A DNA stretch of 55,354 nucleotides from Candidatus Alloscybalousia sp. (GTDB lineage Bacteria; Bacillota_I; Bacilli_A; RF39; UBA660): the NCBI GenBank assembly GCA_045595895.1, contig JAZOBJ010000029.1, positions 1 to 55,354 on the forward strand, written 5' to 3'. Of this stretch, positions 30,269 through 40,167 are shown piece by piece. The notes under the pieces are model-generated. The model had not been told where the DNA came from. It searched no databases and saw only the letters and a program-made list of their open reading frames with translations. Each line of letters starts with the position of its first letter. Position 1 is the first letter of the stretch. Made by a program: the position numbers and the translations under genes.

Positions 30269-30298
30269 TTGACTTTTATATTTTTTTCTAGTAGAATG
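30269..30298 (+). promoter_or_regulatory. SigA promoter of tRNA-Cys/tRNA-Gly
   Basis: TTGACT...TAGAAT. Confidence 0.7.
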
Positions 30299-30336
30299 GA
30301 AATGTACTCGAAAAAAGTGCATATATTAAATTAGAT

Positions 30337-30410
30337 GGGTCTATAGCCAAGTGGTAAGGCATGGGACTGCAACTCCCTGAGCGTTGGTTCAAATCCGACT
30401 AGGCCCTCCA
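30337..30410 (+). tRNA. tRNA-Cys(GCA)
   Basis: GGGTCTA...CTGCAAC...TAGGCCCTCCA cloverleaf. Confidence 0.94.
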
Positions 30411-30453
30411 TTTTTATAATAACTGTTTTAAACAGTTTTTATTTTTATCATAA

Positions 30454-30527
30454 GCGGACATGATTTAATGGTAGAATACAACCTTGCCAAGGTTGGTGTG
30501 GGGGTCCGATTCCCCTTGTCCGCTCCA
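30454..30527 (+). tRNA. tRNA-Gly(GCC), T-loop TCCGATT (C55)
   Basis: GCGGACA...TTGCCAA...TGTCCGCTCCA cloverleaf. Confidence 0.92.
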
Positions 30528-30603
30528 AATTGTTGATTAATTGATGCTTAATTGTATCAATTTTTTTATATCCAAATCCCACTCGTTGCTGATTAATTGT
30601 ATT

Positions 30604-30945
30604 TTATTTGTTGTTTATTTTAACATTTATATTAGATTTATTTTTGAAATAATTTCTAATATATTTTTTTATTGTGTTTAAGGTATACCTTTCTCCATCT
30701 ACAAAGAATAAGTCATCATCTTCATGGTATTCATCATAATGTAATACTATCAAATTATCTCCATTTTTACTAAACACTAACATATGAGGTGTAATTGCAT
30801 GTATATTAACTTTATCAAACATAACAATATAACCATCATAGTAAGTAACATTTATTCCACTATGTTTAGCCATTTTATTTAATTCTTCTTTTGTATCCTC
30901 ATTAAATATCATTCTTTCTACTGAAACCTTGCAAATATCGTTCAC
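30604..30945 (-). CDS. Hypothetical protein (start uncertain)
   Basis: 113-aa ORF with no recognisable motif. Confidence 0.5.
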   Translation of the reverse strand: MNDICKVSVERMIFNEDTKEELNKMAKHSGINVTYYDGYIVMFDKVNIHAITPHMLVFSKNGDNLIVLHYDEYHEDDDLFFVDGERYTLNTIKKYIRNYFKNKSNINVKINNK

Positions 30946-31060
30946 CTCCTGAAGTTAATTATTAACTTCACACAAACGATACCGCATAATTTCATAAATA
31001 TCCAGCAAAAAAAGAAGCATTAATATGAATTGTCACCTATGCTTCTTTTGTCATATAAAA

Positions 31061-32329
31061 TTATTCAAGTTCATTTAAAATATTTTCAATATTAACTGCA
31101 GTTTTATCATTTGTCTTCGTATCTTCTATTGTATAATTTGTGCCATCAAATTGATTGCCTAATATAATCATTTTTGGCGTTCCTAAAACATACACATCGT
31201 TTATTCTATTTCCAATAGATAAATTTTCTCTATCATCTAATATTGCTTGAACATTATTTTCTAACAAATAATTATATAATTTTTCAGCTTCACCTTTATT
31301 CTTTTCATTGTATATAATTTGAACTTTATATGGAGCTATATTATAAGGTAATACAAATCCTTTCACTTGTTCACTTGTTTTAATTACACTATTTTCTAAA
31401 ATACAACCAATGATTCTTCCAAGTCCAATGCCATAACACCCCATATAATATGGCTTATCTTCCCCATTTTCATCCTTATAATATAATTTCATACTTTCCG
31501 AATATTTAGTTCCTAATTGAAATGTGTGTCCTAACTCAACAGTATTATATTTTACTAATGAATTTATATCATTTATTCCAAATTGTGCTAAATATTCATC
31601 TCTATTATCAAAATCTAATACTTCTGCATTTAAACCAATATTATTTTTGGCATCATAAACAATTATATCTTCACCTAATTCAAGTTTTGCTTGCCATTCA
31701 TGAGATACCTTACCACCAATTGTTCCATTATCACTAATTGTAGGAACAATATCTATTCCTAATCTTCTAAAAATTCTAAAATATGCTTCTTTTAATTCGT
31801 TATAAGTGTTCAACATATCATCTTCAGTTTTATCAAACGAATATGCATCCATCATAACAAAACTTCTACTTCTAAACAAATATCCTCTACATCTTATTTC
31901 TTTTCTAAATTTTTCCCCAATTTGATAATAAGTTGCTGGTAAGTTCTTATATGACCCAAGTCTATTAGCTCCAAATAGTGTAGCACATTCCTCTGCTGTT
32001 GGAGCAAGACCATATTCTCCTAAATTATTATTTAGAGTAAACATTATATCTCCATCTTTAGTGTACATATCCCATCTATTAGATTGTTCCCATATTTTCT
32101 TTGGTTGTAATTTTGGAAATTCTGTTTGAATGCATCCAATCTTGTCTAATTCTTCAATTATGATGTTTTCAACTATTCTTTCTAATTTAGTCCATAAATT
32201 CCCATATCCATAAATACCACTTTCAAATTGATATAATTCTCCTAGTTTCATTAATATATCTTGACCAGAATATTTATTATCTACATCTTTTAAATTAATC
32301 TTTTTAATATTTAATTTGCTTAATTTCAT
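31061..32329 (-). CDS. proS: Prolyl-tRNA synthetase, short bacterial type without INS editing domain
   Basis: LAPTAEE, KFRKEIR, MMDAYSF, ELGHTFQLGTKYS and MGCYGIG motifs; only 422 aa. Confidence 0.92.
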   Translation of the reverse strand: MKLSKLNIKKINLKDVDNKYSGQDILMKLGELYQFESGIYGYGNLWTKLERIVENIIIEELDKIGCIQTEFPKLQPKKIWEQSNRWDMYTKDGDIMFTLNNNLGEYGLAPTAEECATLFGANRLGSYKNLPATYYQIGEKFRKEIRCRGYLFRSRSFVMMDAYSFDKTEDDMLNTYNELKEAYFRIFRRLGIDIVPTISDNGTIGGKVSHEWQAKLELGEDIIVYDAKNNIGLNAEVLDFDNRDEYLAQFGINDINSLVKYNTVELGHTFQLGTKYSESMKLYYKDENGEDKPYYMGCYGIGLGRIIGCILENSVIKTSEQVKGFVLPYNIAPYKVQIIYNEKNKGEAEKLYNYLLENNVQAILDDRENLSIGNRINDVYVLGTPKMIILGNQFDGTNYTIEDTKTNDKTAVNIENILNELE

Positions 32330-32419
32330 TTTAACCTTTCCTTCCTATAATTTAAATAAAAATTATATCTCGGTCGTTTAACTAAAATAAAATTCATTAT
32401 TATCACATCCCTTAATAAA

Positions 32420-32612
32420 AATTAAAAAAGGATAGCATAAGGAGTCAAAATATGACGGTGCCATCCTTTTAGTTTACTTAATTGTTGATAACGGTATTAA
32501 CCGGAAATGTTTGCATTTCACTCTGAAGGTAGGAATTAAGTAGTATCATAACTTGTTCTCACTATACCAAGCTCACTTATATGCTTAACTAAATAATATT
32601 CCTTCGTCTTTG
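32420..32612 (-). promoter_or_regulatory. T-box riboswitch (Pro specifier)
   Basis: Stem I with CCT specifier, CCGTTA element, AAGGATGGCACCG T-box and a terminator ending in a T run. Confidence 0.8.
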
Positions 32613-32665
32613 ATTTGATGAACTAATTATATCACATATTCTTAAAATTTCAAAATTTCAGATAA

Positions 32666-32757
32666 ATTTGTTGTATGATTGTATGTTTATTATCATCTAA
32701 TGTGCAAATAATACATAAATGTTTTGTTGATTGATTGTGTTAATATTTGTTGTATGA
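32666..32757 (+). repeat. 13-bp direct repeat ATTTGTTGTATGA (2 copies)
   Basis: Copies at 32666-32678 and 32745-32757. Confidence 0.7.
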
Positions 32758-32963
32758 AATAAAAATTATTTAGCAACATATAGTATCCAAATTCTTCATT
32801 TAATCACCACTAAAAAATTGTTATTTATATTGTTTTCTTTTTGTTACTTTATGTACAAAACTATTAACCCTTTGAGGAGAATCAAAACAACAAACCCTTT
32901 ATTTATAAGAAATTTATTTTCAAAAGGGTTTGGAAGCATACTCTCATTCGCTCCATTAGATTT

Positions 32964-32995
32964 AAAACCACATACATTTAGTATGTGGTTTTTTT
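32964..32995. terminator. Terminator after the att-like fragment
   Basis: AAAACCACATAC/GTATGTGGTTTT. Confidence 0.8.
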
Positions 32996-32996
32996 A

Positions 32997-33449
32997 TTAT
33001 CTTCTTATTCTATAAGCAATTAATTGTTCTGGAAGTAAATAAATATTCTCATTATAAAGTAATATATTCTCACGTGGAATACCAAGTTGATCAGATACTA
33101 AATTCAAAGTATCTCCTTCTTTAGTAATATAAACAAACACTCCCTCTTTAGGAACCAATAACTTTTGATCAGGAAAAATATATTCATTTAATTCTAATCC
33201 ATTAATATTAGCTAACATCTCTGCCGTAATATTATATTTCTTTCCTATCTGATATAAATTATCGCCTTTCTTAACCGTATAATACTCAAATGCACTATCT
33301 TCAGAAGTAGTTGGAATAATAAGTTCTAAACCTGGAACCAAATAATAAATATTTTTTAAATCATTTTCTTTAATCAAATCCTCTACCCTAATATTAAACT
33401 TATTAGCTATACTTTGTATAGTATCCCCTACTTGAACTATATAAGTCAT
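32997..33449 (-). CDS. Multi-LysM protein, probably spore-associated
   Basis: Three LysM repeats (YIVQVGDT, YTVKKGDN, YITKEGDT); CATATATT -10 upstream. Confidence 0.85.
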   Translation of the reverse strand: MTYIVQVGDTIQSIANKFNIRVEDLIKENDLKNIYYLVPGLELIIPTTSEDSAFEYYTVKKGDNLYQIGKKYNITAEMLANINGLELNEYIFPDQKLLVPKEGVFVYITKEGDTLNLVSDQLGIPRENILLYNENIYLLPEQLIAYRIRR

Positions 33450-33494
33450 ATAACACTCTCCTCTTTTCAATATATGAAAAGAAAAAGAAAATCA

Positions 33495-34730
33495 TTACGA
33501 TTTTCTATAAACACTAATTCTATTACTCTTATTATATTTTAAATCACTATTCTTAAGTACCGGAATTAATCCATCACTATTACTATAATAGTATAATGTA
33601 TCCCCACTAACAAAATAAATAGTATCGTATGAAACATTAAAATTATTAATATCTGACATCTTAAATAGTAAAATTGGTTTATCTAAATAATTATTAGAAA
33701 CTTGATAAACCTCTCCATTATTATTATAAAAATAATAACTAGAATCACTTTTGATTATCCCATTATAACTATAATTATTTAAACTATTATCAATTGCATC
33801 AAATTTAATCTTTTTACTAACAAAATCATAAATATTAGCATCGTTCCAATTACCATCATAAATTTGACCACCAAGATCTACACTACCTATTAAACGTGCC
33901 TTCTTATTTTCAAAATTTATTTCTATCTGTAATAAATTGGATGGATCAGTATAATAAAGTTTACCATCGACTACACCATTAATATATGTATCACTAGATA
34001 AAGAATATCCTAATTGTATCTTTTCCTTACTATTATCATTTAAATTAATAATAGTAACACTAGAAAATTCTAAAACTCTACTACTTAAATAATTAGGAAC
34101 AACATAATAATTATTAACTAAATATCCATGATCATTATTATATTTATCAAAACCTAAAACCATATTAGAATTATAACTATCTTTAGTTATTGAATTAATT
34201 CCCTTATATACCCATAAAACAACAACATCATCATCTAAAAGATTATTTTCATAAATTGTCGAAGTATTATATTTCTTAGTTGTTTTAGTATCACTAACTT
34301 TATTAATATTAAAACCTTTTTCTTTTAAAGAATTATCTATCATAGAAATAAAATTCTTATCACTATATGAATTACTTGAATACAACTTACCATCTTTAAA
34401 ACATTGTAAATAAGTACCACTACCATTATTCAATACAGGATAAATACACTCACTAGTATCCTTACCAAAATATTCTATACTCTCAATTATTTGTTTCTGT
34501 TTATTGTATTTATTTTCCAAAACATAATGATATTCTTTACCATCACTAGTTATTTTAATATCATAACTATCACCATTTTCTTTTTGGTACATCTCAACTA
34601 TACTAAACTCTTTATCACCATTAAAAACTTTATAATCAACTTCATGTCCGTCTTTGATAAAATTTATTCCCCATTCAAAAACCAAAAATAAAACAGCAAA
34701 GATTACCAAAATAGAAATTATTTTTTTCAT
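33495..34730 (-). CDS. Secreted or anchored hypothetical protein, possibly beta-propeller
   Basis: N-terminal TM helix; repeated aromatic strands (KLYY, SYYFY, TIYF). Confidence 0.7.
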   Translation of the reverse strand: MKKIISILVIFAVLFLVFEWGINFIKDGHEVDYKVFNGDKEFSIVEMYQKENGDSYDIKITSDGKEYHYVLENKYNKQKQIIESIEYFGKDTSECIYPVLNNGSGTYLQCFKDGKLYSSNSYSDKNFISMIDNSLKEKGFNINKVSDTKTTKKYNTSTIYENNLLDDDVVVLWVYKGINSITKDSYNSNMVLGFDKYNNDHGYLVNNYYVVPNYLSSRVLEFSSVTIINLNDNSKEKIQLGYSLSSDTYINGVVDGKLYYTDPSNLLQIEINFENKKARLIGSVDLGGQIYDGNWNDANIYDFVSKKIKFDAIDNSLNNYSYNGIIKSDSSYYFYNNNGEVYQVSNNYLDKPILLFKMSDINNFNVSYDTIYFVSGDTLYYYSNSDGLIPVLKNSDLKYNKSNRISVYRKS

Positions 34731-34792
34731 ACTACCACCTCTATACCTTAATAATATTATAACCCATTTTTAAAGAAAAAAAGATAAATTTT

Positions 34793-35245
34793 TTATTTAT
34801 CTTTTAAACCTCTAGTACCTTTTTTCTGTTCCATCATATAAGAAGTGATCATAGTTTCAATTTCATCTAATGCATCTTTATCTATATTAGATAAAACTAC
34901 TAATTCATTAATTGTATCAATCTTAATCTTGCCCCAGAATACTCCAGATAAAACTTTTAAATCATTAAACATATCAGGCGTAATTGAATCCAAAAAATAT
35001 CCAAACAATACTCTTTTACGACCAACCAATAATCTTTTATCAGTTAATACAACAACAGCCGTAGTAAAGAAATCAAACATACTATCATTCTTTTGAGCAG
35101 CAAAAACATATAAAACTTTTTCATCAGGATTAATATGTTTTTCTACAATTTTTGAATTTTGTTTTAAACGCCAAACAACAGTAGAACCATATTTTCTTTT
35201 AAATTCTAATGCTTGTTCATATACAGATACTTTTTTCTTTCTCAT
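34793..35245 (-). CDS. Bacterial PH-domain protein
   Basis: VVVLTDKRLLV motif. Confidence 0.7.
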   Translation of the reverse strand: MRKKKVSVYEQALEFKRKYGSTVVWRLKQNSKIVEKHINPDEKVLYVFAAQKNDSMFDFFTTAVVVLTDKRLLVGRKRVLFGYFLDSITPDMFNDLKVLSGVFWGKIKIDTINELVVLSNIDKDALDEIETMITSYMMEQKKGTRGLKDK

Positions 35246-35270
35246 AATATCACAGTCCTTTATAAAACTA

Positions 35271-35939
35271 TTATAACATCTCATCAATCATTTTCAAAAG
35301 TTTTTCTAATAATTCATCAATAAAATCACATATTTTAGCTAATACCATATCAACTACTTTATCAATGAAACTTTTTTTATTATCTTTTTTCTTATTATCT
35401 GTAGTAGTATCTTTATTACTAACATTACTATCTTTATCTTCAGCTGCAACTTCATCAATAGACCATATACCAAGTTTATTAACCTTAGCTAATACTTCAC
35501 TATCTTGAAGTAAAGATGTATATTTATAATCACCATATAAATAAGCAACTTCTGCATAACCTTTACTAACTAATGATTCTTGTAATAAAACATCATCAAC
35601 AAATACCCAAACTAGTTTTCTACCATAGTTATCTTCTTTATCACTATCAGCATCATATTCTAATTTAATTTTTTTAGCTTTAGTTAATAAATCACATGTA
35701 TAATTACTCGCATCTTTTCCAAACGGTTCTTCGCCCACAGTAGGATGAACAGTTTCAGGTGTATCAATAGCTAAAAACCTAGCTGTAAAAACTTCTTCAT
35801 CAAGTTTAAACTTAGCTGTATCCCCATCAACACATGCTTCTAAAGTTACTATTTCTGTATTATTACTTTCGACCAATGCATAACTAGTAACAGGACAAAC
35901 TAAAACTAAAAGCATAACTATATATATAAATTTCTTCAT
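35271..35939 (-). CDS. Secreted thermonuclease (SNase family)
   Basis: VDGDT, RFLAIDTPE and DNYGRKL motifs. Confidence 0.92.
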   Translation of the reverse strand: MKKFIYIVMLLVLVCPVTSYALVESNNTEIVTLEACVDGDTAKFKLDEEVFTARFLAIDTPETVHPTVGEEPFGKDASNYTCDLLTKAKKIKLEYDADSDKEDNYGRKLVWVFVDDVLLQESLVSKGYAEVAYLYGDYKYTSLLQDSEVLAKVNKLGIWSIDEVAAEDKDSNVSNKDTTTDNKKKDNKKSFIDKVVDMVLAKICDFIDELLEKLLKMIDEML

Positions 35940-35948
35940 AAAACTACC

Positions 35949-36686
35949 TCATATATACCTAATAATTTCTAAAACTATATTATCTTTCTTAGTATAACCA
36001 TTAACTTTCCCAATCTTATATTTTCCAAATCTCCTAATCGATAAAATATCTCCTTCTTTTAATAAAACATTCATCTTATTAAGTTCACTATAATTAAGTA
36101 AAACTAATTTATCTAATATCATTTCATTTACTTGATTACGACTCTTAGAAGTTATTTTACTAACAACACTATCTATTCTCATACTACTAACTAAAATATT
36201 AATTTCTTCAAAGTGTTTTCTATTTAAAATAATTTCATCTACTTTAATTAGTTTAATTAACTCTCCCTTTATCATCATTAAATTACTTTCCAAGAAAGAA
36301 TTCATACGTGTTAAATTAGTATAATAAAAATATCCTTCTTCAACAAATATATCACCTATTAAACTTTCATCAAACCCGAGTGAAAATAAAGTTCCCAAAA
36401 TCTGTGAATGAGTAATATCAGTTATACTAGCTTTATAAAAAGTTACAAAATTTTCATATTCACCAAAATAAAAAATAACTTTTTCTAAAAAGGGATATGG
36501 TTGATAAATAGAATAAGAAATCTTTCTATTATCAAGAAAACTACTAATTAACTTAGCTTGTCCCATATTTAAAAAGTTAGTATAAGTACTTATACCATTC
36601 TTTTCATAAGCATTATATTTATCGAGTACATTAGCCAATAATATTTTATCCTCTTTACTATAAATTCTATTCATCATAATCCCCAA
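35949..36686 (-). CDS. ylmH: YlmH/Sll1252-family S4 RNA-binding protein
   Basis: HSQILGTL, SMRIDSVVS and GDILSIRRFGK motifs. Confidence 0.85.
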   Translation of the reverse strand: MGIMMNRIYSKEDKILLANVLDKYNAYEKNGISTYTNFLNMGQAKLISSFLDNRKISYSIYQPYPFLEKVIFYFGEYENFVTFYKASITDITHSQILGTLFSLGFDESLIGDIFVEEGYFYYTNLTRMNSFLESNLMMIKGELIKLIKVDEIILNRKHFEEINILVSSMRIDSVVSKITSKSRNQVNEMILDKLVLLNYSELNKMNVLLKEGDILSIRRFGKYKIGKVNGYTKKDNIVLEIIRYI

Positions 36687-36754
36687 CTATTATTATATAA
36701 TACTTTTTAAATATACTAATTCATATCAACAACATTTTACATCTTTTTACATAA

Positions 36755-36988
36755 CTACAACCCTATCTTAACTAAAATAACATCCTCACCAATCTTAGTA
36801 ATACTATGCCAATTTATTTCAGTATCTGCTCCTCTATTAAAAAATTTAAAAAAATTCTTATTAGGTTCAATTATAAAAGAAACAATATTTCCACTACCTT
36901 CATCTATTTTAACATCAATAATACTACCTATATTTTTACCATCATTAACATTAACTATATCTTTATTCTGTAAATCTGATAACCTCAT
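36755..36988 (-). CDS. ylmC: YlmC/YmxH sporulation PRC-barrel protein
   Basis: MRLSDLQNKDIVN...KIGEDVILV. Confidence 0.9.
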   Translation of the reverse strand: MRLSDLQNKDIVNVNDGKNIGSIIDVKIDEGSGNIVSFIIEPNKNFFKFFNRGADTEINWHSITKIGEDVILVKIGL

Positions 36989-37003
36989 ATTACCACCTAA
37001 CAA

Positions 37004-37033
37004 AGTATATGAAAAAAAGACATATTAAATGTC
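37004..37033 (-). promoter_or_regulatory. SigE-type promoter of ylmC overlapping the upstream terminator
   Basis: CATTT...CATATACT; AGACAT/ATGTCT hairpin with T7. Confidence 0.55.
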
Positions 37034-37034
37034 T

Positions 37035-37298
37035 TTAACAGAAACTTTTATCTTTTTCTTCTACTTCTTCTAAAGCTATAGCTAATTGATCAGCGCATGA
37101 TGTACTTTTAAAACCACATATATTTCCTTTACACATGTTAATAATATCTTCTTTTTTCCATCCATCTAGTATCTTAGAAATCATTTTCAAATTACCAGGG
37201 CATCCACCCACAAACTCAATATTACTAACAACACCATTATTTAAATCAAAAGATATCTCGCGACTACATACTCCATTAGTCTTATAAGTATAATGCAT
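37035..37298 (-). CDS. TIGR03905-family TSCPD-domain protein
   Basis: GVCSR, GGCPGN and TSCADQ motifs. Confidence 0.88.
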   Translation of the reverse strand: MHYTYKTNGVCSREISFDLNNGVVSNIEFVGGCPGNLKMISKILDGWKKEDIINMCKGNICGFKSTSCADQLAIALEEVEEKDKSFC

Positions 37299-37335
37299 AC
37301 TACCACCTCAAACTAAGTATACAAAAGTTAATTTT

Positions 37336-38112
37336 TTATTTCAACACTTTCTTCAAAGTATTAATAGCATTTTTTTCTAATCTAGATATTTGAGCTTGAC
37401 TTATTCCTAGTTCACTAGCTATTTCCATTTGTGTTTTACCAATAACGTATCTTTGATCGATAATATATCGTTCACGTTTATCCAAATCATCTATCGCATC
37501 CCCAACAGCTAAACTAACATCCATATCTTTATCATTTAAACTCTTATCTTCTATTTGATCATATAAATAAATTGTATCTCCACCATCACTATAAATAGGT
37601 TCAAAGATACTAACAGGACTCTTCATCGCATCCAGTGCCATAATAACATCCACTTCATCTATCCCTAATTCATTAGAGACTTCATTAAGAAGTACTTCTC
37701 TACCAAGTTTTCTAGTAAGTTCTTCCTTAACTCTTAAAGCATTATAAGCTAAATCCTTCATCGAACGACTAACTCTAATACTATTATTATCTCTTAAATA
37801 TCTTTTAACTTCACCAAGTATCATTGGAACTGCATAAGTTGATAATTTAACTCCATGACTTAAATCAAAATTATCAATCGCTTTAACAAGACCAATACAT
37901 CCAACTTGAAATAAGTCATCCAAATTTTCACCACGATTATTAAACTTTTTAATAATACTTAAAACAAGTTTCAAATTACCATTAATTAAATCTTCTCTCG
38001 CAAAAGGATCACCATTCTTCATCTTAATAAATAATTCTTCTGTCTCACTACTACTTAAAACCTTAATATCCGCTGTATTCACGCCACTTATTTCCACCTT
38101 GTGACGTGCCAT
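37336..38112 (-). CDS. sigG: Sporulation sigma factor G
   Basis: KVEISGVNT N-terminus, DDLFQVGCIGL, GGDTIY and GISQAQISRLEK. Confidence 0.92.
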   Translation of the reverse strand: MARHKVEISGVNTADIKVLSSSETEELFIKMKNGDPFAREDLINGNLKLVLSIIKKFNNRGENLDDLFQVGCIGLVKAIDNFDLSHGVKLSTYAVPMILGEVKRYLRDNNSIRVSRSMKDLAYNALRVKEELTRKLGREVLLNEVSNELGIDEVDVIMALDAMKSPVSIFEPIYSDGGDTIYLYDQIEDKSLNDKDMDVSLAVGDAIDDLDKRERYIIDQRYVIGKTQMEIASELGISQAQISRLEKNAINTLKKVLK

Positions 38113-38175
38113 AATAATCTCCTTTCATTATCTTTATGGGATAAAAAAAAGATTATTATTCAAAATAACCTTTAA

Positions 38176-38349
38176 CTAATCATTATAATTTAAACCACTA
38201 AGCTCTTCCTTAATCTTATCTGATTGATTTCTAGTATTATGAACTATAGTTGCATCAACTGTTAAAATCAACAATAAAACTATAATTATAATAGCTGAAA
38301 CTGAATATAAAACAATTGAAACCGCAAACCCTTTATTATTTAATTTCAT
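38176..38349 (-). CDS. Small prepilin-like protein (57 aa, not in ORF track)
   Basis: MKLNNKG|FAVSIVLYSVSAIIIIVLLLIL...; AAGGTG RBS; lacks Glu5. Confidence 0.7.
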   Translation of the reverse strand: MKLNNKGFAVSIVLYSVSAIIIIVLLLILTVDATIVHNTRNQSDKIKEELSGLNYND

Positions 38350-38397
38350 AGTATCACCTTAACATTAATTATATATAAATACCCCTTAAAAAACAAG

Positions 38398-39075
38398 TTA
38401 CTTTTTCATCTTGCAAATTATTTTTTTATCACTTTCACTAACTCTATTAGATTCATTTATCTTTTGAAGAGCTTTATTATAAGTAAAAGTAGATAAATTA
38501 TTATTATATAAGTAATCTAAACACCTTTCTCTATCCTTAACAAACATAACTGAAATAAGCCAAGCTACGGCCATATCAGTATAATAATAGCCAGAAGAAA
38601 TCTTATCGATAATAGCAATAACCTTATCTATGTATTTATCTACCAAAAAATAATCCATCATCATAACTATCATAAATCTAAGTTCAAATTCATTTCTACT
38701 ATTTTTATATTTAGTAATAAATTCCCACACCTCATCTAATTCATTATCTTTAAATTTAAAACTAGCACATACTGTATCACATATTGCCCAATTATCTATT
38801 TTAGGAATAAACTTTTCTAAATACAAAAACTTTTCATCCAAAGACATTTTACTAGTAACTATTATTAAACCTTCTATCATAACTTCTTCATAATAATCTC
38901 TACTAATATTATCTAAATAAATTATATAATCATCTTTTAATATTTTCTTAACAAGTTTTCTTATATCAGGAACTCTAACACCAATAATATTATTAATACC
39001 TGGACACAAAGAACTATGAAATTCTTTGTATTTTAAATCTTGTAGTAACATTAATTCTTTTCTAATATCAATCAT
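38398..39075 (-). CDS. DNA alkylation repair protein (AlkD-like)
   Basis: GVRVP, IDNWAICD and YYTDMAVAW motifs. Confidence 0.88.
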   Translation of the reverse strand: MIDIRKELMLLQDLKYKEFHSSLCPGINNIIGVRVPDIRKLVKKILKDDYIIYLDNISRDYYEEVMIEGLIIVTSKMSLDEKFLYLEKFIPKIDNWAICDTVCASFKFKDNELDEVWEFITKYKNSRNEFELRFMIVMMMDYFLVDKYIDKVIAIIDKISSGYYYTDMAVAWLISVMFVKDRERCLDYLYNNNLSTFTYNKALQKINESNRVSESDKKIICKMKK

Positions 39076-39878
39076 TTTCTACACAACTTCCTAATGAATT
39101 TAGCTATAAAATATATGATACAAGCTCCACCAAATATAGTTACAATATAGAAAAGTATAAATAATACAAATGGTAATTTTTCTTGTATAACATTAAAAAC
39201 TGGTAATGTACTAATAAAATATGGACTAATATAAAACATATCAAATGTATCACCATTTAAAATTCCAGAATTGTAAACACTAATATTTAAAACCTGAGCT
39301 ATGAAAACAAAAACTAAGAAAACAATGAAAGCTCTAAGCAAATTACTTTTATTTATTTTAACTTCACCACTCATAAGTAAATAAACTGATACCACAAAAC
39401 TACCACAGTGTAACCACATTGTATGAATATTAACTAATGTATCACTAACAAAACAACTATCAGGAATAATCATTGTTACTAAACCACCAAGTATTGTAAC
39501 AAAAGCCATATAAGATAATAATGAGTCACGAACTTTACCTTTTTTCAAAAATAAACATATTAAAGATACAAATATTGGAGTTGTACAAAGTTGAAAAGGT
39601 GCAGCATACCATTCATAACTCCAAGTGACTGTATTAAGAACCGGATCATAATTAAAAGCCCAAATAAGTTGTTTAAGAAGTTCTAAAGTAAAAGCTACCA
39701 CTCCATAGATACCCAATACTATTTTTAACTGTTTATCATTATATTTTTTTTTAAACAAAAACAAAATAAATATAATAACTATAGTTAATATTATCCACAT
39801 CATATGAAACGAACCATAAGATTCTGGTTCAGTCATAGTTCCCTGTAACATATACAAAAACTTTTCAAACAAATTCAT
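39072..39878 (-). CDS. YwaF/TMEM164-family membrane protein
   Basis: YGSFH, PFQLC and WLH motifs; multiple TM helices. Confidence 0.75.
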   Translation of the reverse strand: MNLFEKFLYMLQGTMTEPESYGSFHMMWIILTIVIIFILFLFKKKYNDKQLKIVLGIYGVVAFTLELLKQLIWAFNYDPVLNTVTWSYEWYAAPFQLCTTPIFVSLICLFLKKGKVRDSLLSYMAFVTILGGLVTMIIPDSCFVSDTLVNIHTMWLHCGSFVVSVYLLMSGEVKINKSNLLRAFIVFLVFVFIAQVLNISVYNSGILNGDTFDMFYISPYFISTLPVFNVIQEKLPFVLFILFYIVTIFGGACIIYFIAKFIRKLCRK

Positions 39879-39986
39879 ACTATCACTTCTTTACTACTAT
39901 TATCAATCTAATTATAACACTAGAAATAAAAAAAAGATTTAAAAAGCACAAAAAAAGTTCTGTGTTTACAGAACTTAATTCATATA

Positions 39987-40077
39987 TGGCGGAGACAGAG
40001 AGATTTGAACTCTCGCGCCAGTTGCCCGACCTACACCCTTAGCAGGGGCGCCTCTTCAGCCTCTTGAGTATGTCTCC
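39987..40077 (-). tRNA. tRNA-Ser(GCT)
   Basis: GGAGACA...CTGCTAA, long variable arm, ...TGTCTCCGCCA. Confidence 0.94.
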
Positions 40078-40112
40078 AAATACGGTGAACTCATTACGCA
40101 TCCGTAGTTATA

Positions 40113-40141
40113 ATGATACCGTATAATTAATAGATTGTCAA
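40113..40141 (-). promoter_or_regulatory. SigA promoter of tRNA-Ser
   Basis: TTGACA-17 nt-TATCAT. Confidence 0.7.
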
Positions 40142-40167
40142 TAATTATTATGGCTAATTTTTTCAAA

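Larger units (their letters stand above)
30528..32955. mobile_element. Probable decayed islet integrated at tRNA-Gly(GCC)
   Basis: Ends in a tRNA-Gly-like 3' fragment TCATTCGCTCCA (32944-32955) followed by a terminator; no integrase left. Confidence 0.5.
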
